NCBI RefSeq assembly: GCF_000017945.1
Contig: NC_009776.1
Location: forward strand, 360,001 to 392,000
Length of the DNA: 32,000 nt
From: Ignicoccus hospitalis KIN4/I
GTDB lineage: Archaea > Thermoproteota > Thermoprotei_A > Sulfolobales > Ignicoccaceae
Reading direction: 5' to 3'
Both the position numbers and the translations under genes were made by a program. The notes beneath the pieces are model-generated. The model ran no database searches. It saw nothing but the letters and a program-made list of their open reading frames with translations, and had not been told where the DNA came from. Positions 19,295 through 26,265 of the stretch are shown here, piece after piece. Position 1 is the stretch's first letter. Each line of letters begins with the position of its first letter.

Positions 19295-19575
19295 TCCTCT
19301 TCCTCGCCGCCCTCGGGGACCTTTATCTCACCTGCGTAGAACTTGTCTATGAAGCGGCCGTATATGACGGCCCTATCGATTATGGGGCTCTCCACGGGCT
19401 CCTCGTGCACCAGCCCACACTCAGCGCACCTTATTATCGCCTTCATCTCCTTAGTCTTCTTGTTCTGAATTATGTCTATTATTAGGGCGTGGGCCCCGCA
19501 GTTGGGACACTGAAACACCGTGGGCAACGTCGGCCTCCTAACTACGATCTTCTTCCTCCTTCTCCTCCTCCCCAC
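19291..19575 (-). CDS. elf1: Elf1-like transcription elongation factor (zinc ribbon)
   Basis: Basic N-terminus MGRRRRRKK, then CPNCG...(x21)...CAECG. Layout and length match the eukaryotic Elf1 / crenarchaeal homologue. There is a 4-nt overlap with the GGGPS start. Confidence 0.7.
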   Translation of the reverse strand: MGRRRRRKKIVVRRPTLPTVFQCPNCGAHALIIDIIQNKKTKEMKAIIRCAECGLVHEEPVESPIIDRAVIYGRFIDKFYAGEIKVPEGGEEEE

Positions 19576-19927
19576 CTAGCTCACCCTCGTACGTCGCCAA
19601 GAGAAGGTTTAAAGTTGCGCTCCTCTCGTGCGTCAGCAAAGAGATCAACAAGGTATCGAAGTCCTCGTCCTCGAGAACCAAGGTGGTGCTCTTAGTAACC
19701 CTCTTCTCCGCGCAGACGTGCTTGCAAGGCTCCAGCTTTCCCAAGTCCAAGTTCCTCAAGAAGGAGGGGCAGGTGCAGAAGTCGTCCGCCACCAAGTAGT
19801 CCCCCGACTCCCCCCGGTAGACCGTTACCTCGGGGAGGTCGCGGTTGACCACCTTGATCACCGGTATCCCTACCTTGGTCTTCTCCTTAGGACAGAGGGA
19901 CTTCAGATTTGAAGCCCTCGGCCTCAA
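19538..19927 (-). CDS. SWIM-type zinc finger protein
   Basis: CTCPSFLRNLDLGKLEPCKHV fits the SWIM signature CxC-x(n)-CxH. Confidence 0.6.
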   Translation of the reverse strand: MRPRASNLKSLCPKEKTKVGIPVIKVVNRDLPEVTVYRGESGDYLVADDFCTCPSFLRNLDLGKLEPCKHVCAEKRVTKSTTLVLEDEDFDTLLISLLTHERSATLNLLLATYEGELGGEEEKEEEDRS

Positions 19928-20589
19928 GGGAGCTCCCCCCTCTCGCCGACCACGACCTTGTCGATGAGGTCAGGGCCGAAAAGCCCGGTGACCGCCACCC
20001 CCGGCAAGGCCTCCACCTTTTCTATCACGTTAATTGAGCTCTTGCAGTCCATGTCTATAACTAAGTTGCCGTTGTCCGTGACCACCGGGCCGAGCTTCCC
20101 CTTCGCCTCCCTCAACTTCCACCCCACGCCCAAGAGCTTCAGCCCCCTCGCCACCGCCGGCAAGGAGCTGGGCACCACCTCCGCCGGGACCGGGACCCCT
20201 CGGGAGCACGGGGAGCCCGACACCTTCCCCTCGTCCACGATGTAGATCCTCTTCCTAGAGATGTAAGCGAGGACCTTCTCCCTGAGCATCGCCGCCCCGC
20301 CGCCCTTCACGGCGTACAGAGAGCCGTTCATTGTGAAGACCTCGTCCGCCCCGTCGACGCTGAGCTCCACCTCATCCACGCTCATTAAGTCCAAAACCTT
20401 AAGCCCGTGCTTCTTGAGCTCCAAGGCCGTGTCGTAGCTGGTCGGGACCGTCAAGCCGGAGAAGCCGAACTCCTTGAGGTACTTTATGAACAGCCTCACG
20501 GTAGTCCCGGAGCCTACGCCCAACACCTCCGGGGCCTCCGAGGCGACCAGCTCCGCCGCCCTCCTGGCGACCGCCTCCTTCCCGCTCAA
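19924..20589 (-). CDS. rpiA: Ribose-5-phosphate isomerase A
   Basis: Motifs GVGSGTTV, DGADEV and KGGGAAMLREK. I trimmed the start to TTG at 20589, giving a typical 221-aa RpiA. The 70 upstream codons of the track ORF use A/T-ending codons atypical for this genome. Confidence 0.85.
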   Translation of the reverse strand: MSGKEAVARRAAELVASEAPEVLGVGSGTTVRLFIKYLKEFGFSGLTVPTSYDTALELKKHGLKVLDLMSVDEVELSVDGADEVFTMNGSLYAVKGGGAAMLREKVLAYISRKRIYIVDEGKVSGSPCSRGVPVPAEVVPSSLPAVARGLKLLGVGWKLREAKGKLGPVVTDNGNLVIDMDCKSSINVIEKVEALPGVAVTGLFGPDLIDKVVVGERGELP

Positions 20590-20637
20590 GCTCCCGCCTA
20601 AATTACTCCCCCTCCCCCGCTTTTCCGGCGAGCGGGC

Positions 20638-20796
20638 TTGACGAGCTGGTACTTGAGGTGCGAGAACTGCGGGCAGATGTGGCTCTTCTTGGGGAGCTAC
20701 GACTTGGAGAGCGTGGGGAACGGGAGGATCTACCACTACTGTAGGGTCTGCAGGAGGAACACCTTCCACACAGTAGTGAAGAAGATAGAGGTCTAG
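20638..20796 (+). CDS. Small zinc-ribbon protein (52 aa), not in the ORF track
   Basis: My translation is (M)TSWYLRCENCGQMWLFLGSYDLESVGNGRIYHYCRVCRRNTFHTVVKKIEV*. It has two CxxC pairs, GC3-rich codons and AGG for Arg. An in-frame stop lies at 20599-20601. A TAAATTA element at 20599-20605 sits about 35 nt upstream of the TTG start. Confidence 0.55.
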   Translation: MTSWYLRCENCGQMWLFLGSYDLESVGNGRIYHYCRVCRRNTFHTVVKKIEV

Positions 20797-21035
20797 CACC
20801 TCTTAGACTTGACCAAGTGTATCGCTTTAACCAGCGCTTTTAGCTCGTCCACCACCTCTTTGGAGTAGTGCTCCGCGCTCCTGCCGGCCTCCAGCGCCTT
20901 CCCGTAGTACTTCACGAACTGATAGACGACGAAGAGCAAGTACAAGTAAGCTACGACCCCGAGGGCTAGGAAGAAGCCCTCTCGGAAGGCGAGCGCTAGG
21001 AGCAAGAGCGTTACCAGAACGGCTAAGGACTTCAA
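20793..21035 (-). CDS. Small membrane protein (two TM helices + amphipathic tail)
   Basis: The segments LAVLVTLLLLALAF and FFLALGVVAYLYLLFVVY are hydrophobic. The start overlaps the upstream stop by 4 nt. Confidence 0.6.
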   Translation of the reverse strand: MKSLAVLVTLLLLALAFREGFFLALGVVAYLYLLFVVYQFVKYYGKALEAGRSAEHYSKEVVDELKALVKAIHLVKSKRC

Positions 21036-22750
21036 AACACCACCTCCGTGGTCGCCTCCCCCGGACCCACGTCGCGTACCCTCACCAAGTACCCTTTTTT
21101 AATAACTCCGTAGGAAGGGGAGTAGAAGGCCTCGGTCACTTCGTAGGCCCCGGGGACCTTGATCCTAGCGTTGGGGAGCTCGAGGTAATCCCCCTCTTGT
21201 TCGGGCCTCGAGGGCAAGACCAAGCTCATGCTCCCCTTGAAGTCTACCACGTCCTTAATTACTACTCTGTCCTTCTTAACGTAGACCTCCCTCCTCCACC
21301 CGGGGAACACCTCGACCTTCATGTAGCCGTAGAACTTGCAAGTACAGTTGCAAGAAGCGTCGAAGGTGTCGGGAAAGGTGCAACAGCCCCTCAGAACGTC
21401 GTGGAAGTAGCTGGACCTCATTAAGTCTTTAACCTCCTTCATTCCGGTGTAGGTGAAGGTGCCGGGGTCCAAGACCACCCAGCCCTTCCTCCAAACGGTG
21501 AAGCTCCCCTTGTCGTCGTGGTGGTGCCCGGGAGGGGCGCCCTTGGAGGTGGGAGCGCAAGCCAAGGTGACCAGCAGCTCCCCGTCGTTGTAGGAGTGGA
21601 GCCAAGGCTTGTCGGAGGTCCGGAGGGCCCTCTCTTCCGGGTAAGTTCCCCCCAAAGAGCTCAAGGCCCTCGCCGCTTCCTCCTTTGCGGGCCCCTCGAG
21701 CTTGGGGAAGGACTTCAAGAGGCCAAGCTTCCTCGCGAGGGCGAGGGCAGTTATGGTCGAGGTGTAGTCGAACTCCAAGCTTTCCAAGACCAGCGCCCTG
21801 TCGCTGCCGTTGTCCCCTATCAAGGGGAAGGAGGAGTCCGGCAAGGTCACGCTCGCGAGCAGCTCCGAGGCCTCCGAGAGGGGGCCCTTGACCTCAGGCC
21901 AGACCCTCTCGAAGTAGCTCTCGTCCAGTTCCTTAGCTGCGTAAAGGGTCGCCAGCGCCCCTTCGAGGACCAGCAAGTGGTAGGCGGTGGAGCCCTCGTA
22001 GTCCCAGCCGTCCAGCTGCTTCCTAAGCTCGTAGACCAAGCTCTCCCTCACCTCCCAAGCGGCCCTCGCGAGGGGCCTCCAAGCCCTCCCCAAGGCTAAG
22101 GAGGAGACCGTGAGGCCGTAGAGGTCGCACATGGTGTGGTTGCTGGTATACACCCCCACCTCCACGTTCACCAATATGTAGAGGAGCGCGGCGAGCAGCT
22201 GCTCCACTATTTCAACGGAGTACTGGTTGTTCCCGAAGGAGTAGGTCAAGTTCAGCGCCCTCAAGCCCGCCTCCATTGCGTTCGCCCAGCCGGGGCCGGA
22301 GTAGGGCTTGACCAGCCGGAAGAACTCCCTCGGCGGGGAGACCCCTAAGACCGCCCCCCTGGCGAAGTGATAGGCCCTAGTGAAGAACCAAGGGTACTTG
22401 ACGTCCGCCCCCTTAGTGGGGGCCACGGGGACGGTTAGGTAATGAACCTTGGGGGAGAAGGAGAAGCAAGAGCGGACGTCGAAGAGCTCCGCCCACCGCT
22501 CGTAACAAGGGTACCCGAGGTCGGGGGAGCAAGAGCAGCCCTTGACCCACTTGCCGGCGGCCCTCCAAGCGCCCTCCGAGAGGAGCCTCGCCTCCCCCTC
22601 TCGGCCGCCCGCGGGCTTCAACAGCTTGAAGTTCAGCCTCCGGGATAGGAGGGGAGCGACCTCGCGGACGTCCGGGAGGGCCGCCCGCTCCCACTCGCTG
22701 GGCTTCTTTAAGAGCAACAAGAGGTAGTTCGGCAGCTCAGAGAGCCTCAC
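21032..22750 (-). CDS. Heparinase II/III-like (alginate-lyase-fold) protein
   Basis: The C-terminal motif PPGHHHDDKGSFTVW resembles the heparinase II/III H-x-H-x-D...sF block. The N-terminal half is helical toroid-like (GLRALNLTYSF). I trimmed the start to GTG at 22750, because upstream codons use CGN for Arg and overlap a better + strand ORF. Confidence 0.55.
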   Translation of the reverse strand: MRLSELPNYLLLLLKKPSEWERAALPDVREVAPLLSRRLNFKLLKPAGGREGEARLLSEGAWRAAGKWVKGCSCSPDLGYPCYERWAELFDVRSCFSFSPKVHYLTVPVAPTKGADVKYPWFFTRAYHFARGAVLGVSPPREFFRLVKPYSGPGWANAMEAGLRALNLTYSFGNNQYSVEIVEQLLAALLYILVNVEVGVYTSNHTMCDLYGLTVSSLALGRAWRPLARAAWEVRESLVYELRKQLDGWDYEGSTAYHLLVLEGALATLYAAKELDESYFERVWPEVKGPLSEASELLASVTLPDSSFPLIGDNGSDRALVLESLEFDYTSTITALALARKLGLLKSFPKLEGPAKEEAARALSSLGGTYPEERALRTSDKPWLHSYNDGELLVTLACAPTSKGAPPGHHHDDKGSFTVWRKGWVVLDPGTFTYTGMKEVKDLMRSSYFHDVLRGCCTFPDTFDASCNCTCKFYGYMKVEVFPGWRREVYVKKDRVVIKDVVDFKGSMSLVLPSRPEQEGDYLELPNARIKVPGAYEVTEAFYSPSYGVIKKGYLVRVRDVGPGEATTEVVF

Positions 22751-22925
22751 CCTCCCCAGCGCCCCCGCGGGCAAGCGCAAGCTTCCGACCCTTAGGCCCC
22801 CGGGGTCCGGGGGATTTGAGGGCGATGAGGAGGAGCTCCGCGGAACGGAGCGGTGAGGAGGCCGACCTCGCCCGAGCCCCACAAGCTTTTTGGAAGGGCC
22901 TCCGCCAGCCCCCCGGTCGAGGAAG

Positions 22926-23213
22926 ATGAACGTTACAGTGATGACCATGGTAGTTATAATGACGCTCATACTAATCAGCGGGATAGCGTTCTTCCTCTCC
23001 CCGAAGAGGGTCCTCCAAGCCGCCGGCGCCGGCACATTAGCTGGGGGCGTGGGCGGGCTGATCTCGTGGGGGGTGTGCTTGTTGTTAGATCCCCCCAGCG
23101 CGCCCTACTGCGCGATAGCCGGAGGGGCGGCGAGCGCGGTCACCTCGGAAATAACTTTCAGCTTGACCACCTCCTCCGGGCCCGGCGGGCTGGTCATCTC
23201 TTGGGGAGGCTGA
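22926..23213 (+). CDS. Small Gly/Ala-rich membrane protein (95 aa)
   Basis: MNVTVMTMVVIMTLILISGIAFFL...AGAGTLAGGVGGLISWGV...AIAGGAASAV. It has host-like GC3-rich codons (ATA Ile) and a GAGG 6 nt upstream of the ATG. It competes with the antisense N-terminal extension of the 667-aa track ORF. Confidence 0.45.
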   Translation: MNVTVMTMVVIMTLILISGIAFFLSPKRVLQAAGAGTLAGGVGGLISWGVCLLLDPPSAPYCAIAGGAASAVTSEITFSLTTSSGPGGLVISWGG

Positions 23214-23949
23214 GGAGGGCCAAGTACCTATCCACCACCTTTTTGAAGTTATCGAAGCCCTCCCCTAAGGCCTTAACCAAAGCGCTCCCCACCACTACCC
23301 CGTCCGCCCCCGCTCCCACCGCTTGGGGGACCTCCTCTTCCTTCAAGCCGAAGCCCACTACCACGTACTTGTTGGTCAAAGACTTCACCCTCCTCAGCAA
23401 GTTCGGTATCCCTACGGGCAGGGGGATCCCGGTGGCCGGCCTGACGCCTAGGTAAACCACCGGGTCGCTCAGCTCCGCGGCCTTCCTTATCACGTGGTCG
23501 GGGGTGGTGGGGGAGACGAAGAACACCGCGCTCTTGCCGCGCTCCTTCGCCTTACTCGCGATCTCCTCCAAGCGGTCCGCGAAGTCTATGACGGCGTCCG
23601 CGAAGAGCACTCCCCCTCCGCACGCCTTATCCAAGAACTCTTCGTAGTTCTCCTTAACGTCGTCATAATATGTCATCACAATTATTCTTTCTTCCGGGAA
23701 GGCGCGACAAGCCTTGCGCAGCTCCCCCTCGAAGTTGTGTAAGCCCAAGCCCTTGGAGGAGACCGCCTTGTAGCTCCTCCTTATTGTGGGCCCGTCGTAC
23801 TTGGCGAACTTCGGGGGTATGCCTATCTCCACGAGCTCCGCCTTATCCTTCAAGTACTCCAAGGCCTTGAGGAAGGTCCGTTCGTCGGGGTAGTTCAAGG
23901 TTAGGTAGGCCACCAGCCAAGGCCTCTTGGAGGGGTCCACCTTCAACAA
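23194..23949 (-). CDS. trpA: Tryptophan synthase alpha-chain family TIM-barrel protein
   Basis: VEIGIPPKFAKYDGPTIRRSYKAV parallels TrpA ElGiPfSDPlADGPvIQ. VVGFGLK and ADGVVVGSALV parallel the TrpA C-terminal phosphate-binding blocks. No trpB is adjacent. Confidence 0.6.
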   Translation of the reverse strand: MLKVDPSKRPWLVAYLTLNYPDERTFLKALEYLKDKAELVEIGIPPKFAKYDGPTIRRSYKAVSSKGLGLHNFEGELRKACRAFPEERIIVMTYYDDVKENYEEFLDKACGGGVLFADAVIDFADRLEEIASKAKERGKSAVFFVSPTTPDHVIRKAAELSDPVVYLGVRPATGIPLPVGIPNLLRRVKSLTNKYVVVGFGLKEEEVPQAVGAGADGVVVGSALVKALGEGFDNFKKVVDRYLALLSLPKR

Positions 23950-24033
23950 CTCCCCTTCGCCTAGGGCGACCCGAGGAGTCGGACTATCGGCGTTTCCTCA
24001 CCCCCTCGGCTCCTGCCGGAGTCCTCACTTCCG

Positions 24034-24046
24034 GAAACGAAAAAAC
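24034..24046 (-). terminator. Oligo-T terminator candidate downstream of the 61-aa ORF
   Basis: The minus strand reads TGA GCG TTTTTT CG TTTCC. The T6 run (24040-24045) starts 4 nt after the stop codon. Confidence 0.4.
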
Positions 24047-24048
24047 GC

Positions 24049-24234
24049 TCAAGGCTTTATGTAGACTATTATTTCTTCCCCGGTGGCCGGGTCCCTCCTC
24101 CGCACGTAACCGCTGTAGGGGCCGGTCCGGGACCACTCCACCAGCTCTGTGAACCTCTTCAAGGGAGGGTACTGAGGGACCATGGTTATTTTGCTCTCGT
24201 CGAAAACGTCTATCTTCCTAATGATATATACCAT
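24049..24234 (-). CDS. Small hypothetical protein (61 aa)
   Basis: ATG start preceded by a GAGGGGG element, with an oligo-T stretch after the stop. No motif recognised. Confidence 0.45.
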   Translation of the reverse strand: MVYIIRKIDVFDESKITMVPQYPPLKRFTELVEWSRTGPYSGYVRRRDPATGEEIIVYIKP

Positions 24235-24246
24235 GGACTGCCCCCT

Positions 24247-24378
24247 CGTAGAGCTCTTCCCCTTCCCCGGTTAATGCCCTTGCTGAGCGTCCAAAAGCGA
24301 TTTAGCTGTTAGTTGAAAACTCGCTCGGGAACGAGCTCGTGTTGGCGGCCTCCCGGAGCTTCTGGACGTAGAGCTCTT
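24247..24378. promoter_or_regulatory. Two exact copies of CGTAGAGCTCTT (palindromic core AGAGCTCT) spaced 120 nt apart in a divergent intergenic region
   Basis: The copies lie at 24247-24258 and 24367-24378. One is 13 nt upstream of the minus-strand 61-aa ORF and the other 32 nt upstream of the + strand ATG at 24410. Confidence 0.35.
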
Positions 24379-24409
24379 ATCCCGGTACACGGAGGAAGAG
24401 AGAATAAAA

Positions 24410-24892
24410 ATGTTTAAGGAATTGAGGGATAAGTACTTGGAGTACTTGTCAAACACCACTTTCAGCGGCGTGAGGAACGACGTGGTCCGGTCCTTCGAGT
24501 GGAACTTGTTGGCCCTCGCATACAGCTTGAGGAACTCTGAAAAGTCGGAGGCCAAGGAGATCGTAAAGCAGTACCCCCAGAAGTACTACGACTTGCTCGA
24601 GATATACCACAAGCTGAAAGCGATAGATAGGTTGAGCGAAAGGGAGATAATTGAGAAAATAAAGAGGAAGGAATCGAAAATATACGGGATAGTGGTAGAG
24701 TACTATCCGTACTTGAACCACTTGCTGACCGACGACGGGCTGTGGAGCGACCCGGAGACGGATACCTTGATCTTAACTACGATACGGGGGAAGCTCGACC
24801 ACATCTTGGCGAAGTACGCCATCCAAGAAGGTTGGGACTTGTTGATCTTCGAGCTCGTGAGGGCCTTGAGGGCCCGAAGCCGAGGGAGCTGA
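24410..24892 (+). CDS. Hypothetical protein (160 aa); coding signal appears to continue in the -1 frame to 25080
   Basis: ATG start in an A/T-richer segment. The last codons (cga agc cga) are atypical, while the -1 frame reads good codons from about 24874. Confidence 0.55.
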   Translation: MFKELRDKYLEYLSNTTFSGVRNDVVRSFEWNLLALAYSLRNSEKSEAKEIVKQYPQKYYDLLEIYHKLKAIDRLSEREIIEKIKRKESKIYGIVVEYYPYLNHLLTDDGLWSDPETDTLILTTIRGKLDHILAKYAIQEGWDLLIFELVRALRARSRGS

Positions 24893-25080
24893 AAGAGAGG
24901 GTCGACCTAACTTCCAAGAGTTTCGCTGAGATCTCGAGGAAGCTCGAAGTACTGAAAAATACAAATGAGGAGTTCGTGAGGTCTTTGCAAGAGCTGAATG
25001 AGGCGGTGGTGGAGCTGGAGGAGAGGTGGAGGGCTAGGAGGTTGGGCGCAGGGTACTCGAGGGCCTTACTTAGGGCCTGA
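24874..25080 (+). other. Start-less coiled-coil coding segment in the -1 frame relative to the 24410 ORF
   Basis: Reads PKPRELKERVDLTSKSFAEISRKLEVLKNTNEEFVRSLQELNEAVVELEERWRARRL... with host-like codons. There is no ATG/GTG/TTG in frame before the GTG at about 24976. Confidence 0.4.
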
Positions 25081-25087
25081 GAAAAGC

Positions 25088-25095
25088 TTAATTTT
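25088..25095 (+). promoter_or_regulatory. TATA-like element TTAATTTT preceded by a purine-rich GAAAAG (BRE-like)
   Basis: Lies about 32-39 nt upstream of the TTG at 25127. The zinc-ribbon ORF at 20638 shows the same spacing. Confidence 0.3.
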
Positions 25096-25126
25096 CTAGT
25101 GAGACGTTCGAATTTGAGGGAATGTC

Positions 25127-25258
25127 TTGGCCTCGTGGCCCTTCGGGAAAAAGAAGAAGGAGCTCGCCTTGGAAGCCCTCAGCCCCTACGGCGCTGAGGG
25201 GCCCGAAGGGCGGTACGAGGACTTGTTCGAGAGGTTAAGGAGGGCCGAGGAGGGTTGA
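25127..25258 (+). CDS. Small ORF (43 aa), not in the track; may be the N-terminal part of the following propeller gene
   Basis: My translation is (M)ASWPFGKKKKELALEALSPYGAEGPEGRYEDLFERLRRAEEG*. An in-frame stop lies at 25115-25117. The stop overlaps the TTG start of the next gene (TTGA). Confidence 0.4.
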   Translation: MASWPFGKKKKELALEALSPYGAEGPEGRYEDLFERLRRAEEG

Positions 25259-26265
25259 AGCTCGAGCTGTTGTGGACATTCGATCAGCCTAGCAATGGTA
25301 TTAAAGACATGGCCTTCTCGCCCAACGGCAACTTGGGAATAGCCTCCAAAGACCGCTGCGCCTACATCCTCGATCCCAACGGGAACTTGTTGGGGAAGGA
25401 GTGCGGAGGAGGCATTATGGCTGGGGCCGGCTACTCCAACAGAGTGTTCGGCTTCGTTAATACCGATGACTACGTCTACCTCTTCTACGAGGACGGGACC
25501 TTCTGGAAGAAGATAGAGGTTGGAGACAGTCACGATTTAGCAATTGCCCTCTTCGATAACGGCTTCGTGGCTTGTGATGACTATTGCGCCAAGTACGACT
25601 TCAACGGGAACAAGCTATGGGACACTGAGGTTGACGGTGTTGCAGACGTTGTAGTTCACAAGGGCTACGTTTACGCGGCTAACTGGTGGAGCAACAAGCT
25701 CCAAATACTGGACTTGAATACTGGCAGAACAATCAATGAGATAAGCTATGATTACTATTCTGACGACTACTGTTCCGACAGCGTCAACGCTTGTGGAAAT
25801 TACCTAGCAGTAATCGCCGGGGAGCTTTACGTTTACGACATTTCGGATCCGACAAGTCCGAAGCTTCTGTGGAAGAGCAATGGACTGGACGTTCATGGGA
25901 AGCACACCCCGGCCTTCTCTCCGGACTGCAAGTACATAGCAGTTGCAGACAACTATTGGGACGACGAACCGGATGGAAATAACATGCTCAAGATATTCGA
26001 CATAAACGGAAATTTAGTCTACTCTAAGGAGATGTACGGAATTTGGAACGTAGCTTGGTGGAAGGACAGGTTGGCGGTTGGGTACGTGCTCTACGATGGA
26101 CTAATCTATGACGGTGAGGTCGAGATGTACAAAATAATTGGTTACGAACCTCCCCCCGAACCTTCGAGCGCCTCGGAGCCCCTTCCGAACCTCACCGAGG
26201 CCATACCCTGCGGGAGCTCGAGCTCAAGCCCCTCTGGGCCTTCGAGGAGGCAGAAGGAAGGGTGA
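25255..26265 (+). CDS. Beta-propeller repeat protein, paralogue 1 (A/T-richer copy)
   Basis: Repeated strand motifs are FSPNGNLGIASKD, YDFNGNKLW, FSPDCKYIAVAD, IFDINGNLVY and VAWWKDRLAVGY. It is collinear with the next gene, including the near-identical 18-mer ttctc(t/c)ccggactgcaag. Confidence 0.75.
   Translation: MKLELLWTFDQPSNGIKDMAFSPNGNLGIASKDRCAYILDPNGNLLGKECGGGIMAGAGYSNRVFGFVNTDDYVYLFYEDGTFWKKIEVGDSHDLAIALFDNGFVACDDYCAKYDFNGNKLWDTEVDGVADVVVHKGYVYAANWWSNKLQILDLNTGRTINEISYDYYSDDYCSDSVNACGNYLAVIAGELYVYDISDPTSPKLLWKSNGLDVHGKHTPAFSPDCKYIAVADNYWDDEPDGNNMLKIFDINGNLVYSKEMYGIWNVAWWKDRLAVGYVLYDGLIYDGEVEMYKIIGYEPPPEPSSASEPLPNLTEAIPCGSSSSSPSGPSRRQKEG

Noticed and set aside
22805-22822. gggatttga, a 9-nt match to the tRNA-Thr T-arm region, as a candidate distal att site
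   Set aside because: It is too short and not extended on either side. It lies in a GC-rich intergenic or N-terminal region where such matches are expected by chance.
23950-24033. GC-rich 84-nt spacer considered as a small structured RNA or C/D-box sRNA
   Set aside because: There are no C (RUGAUGA) or D (CUGA) boxes. Only a 6-bp potential stem is present, and no tRNA-like fold. It is more simply the 5' region of the trpA-like gene.
24271-24555. 94-aa minus-strand ORF
   Set aside because: It overlaps the start of the better-supported plus-strand 160-aa ORF and the operator-like intergenic region. Its composition is Ser/Arg-rich and non-coding-like.
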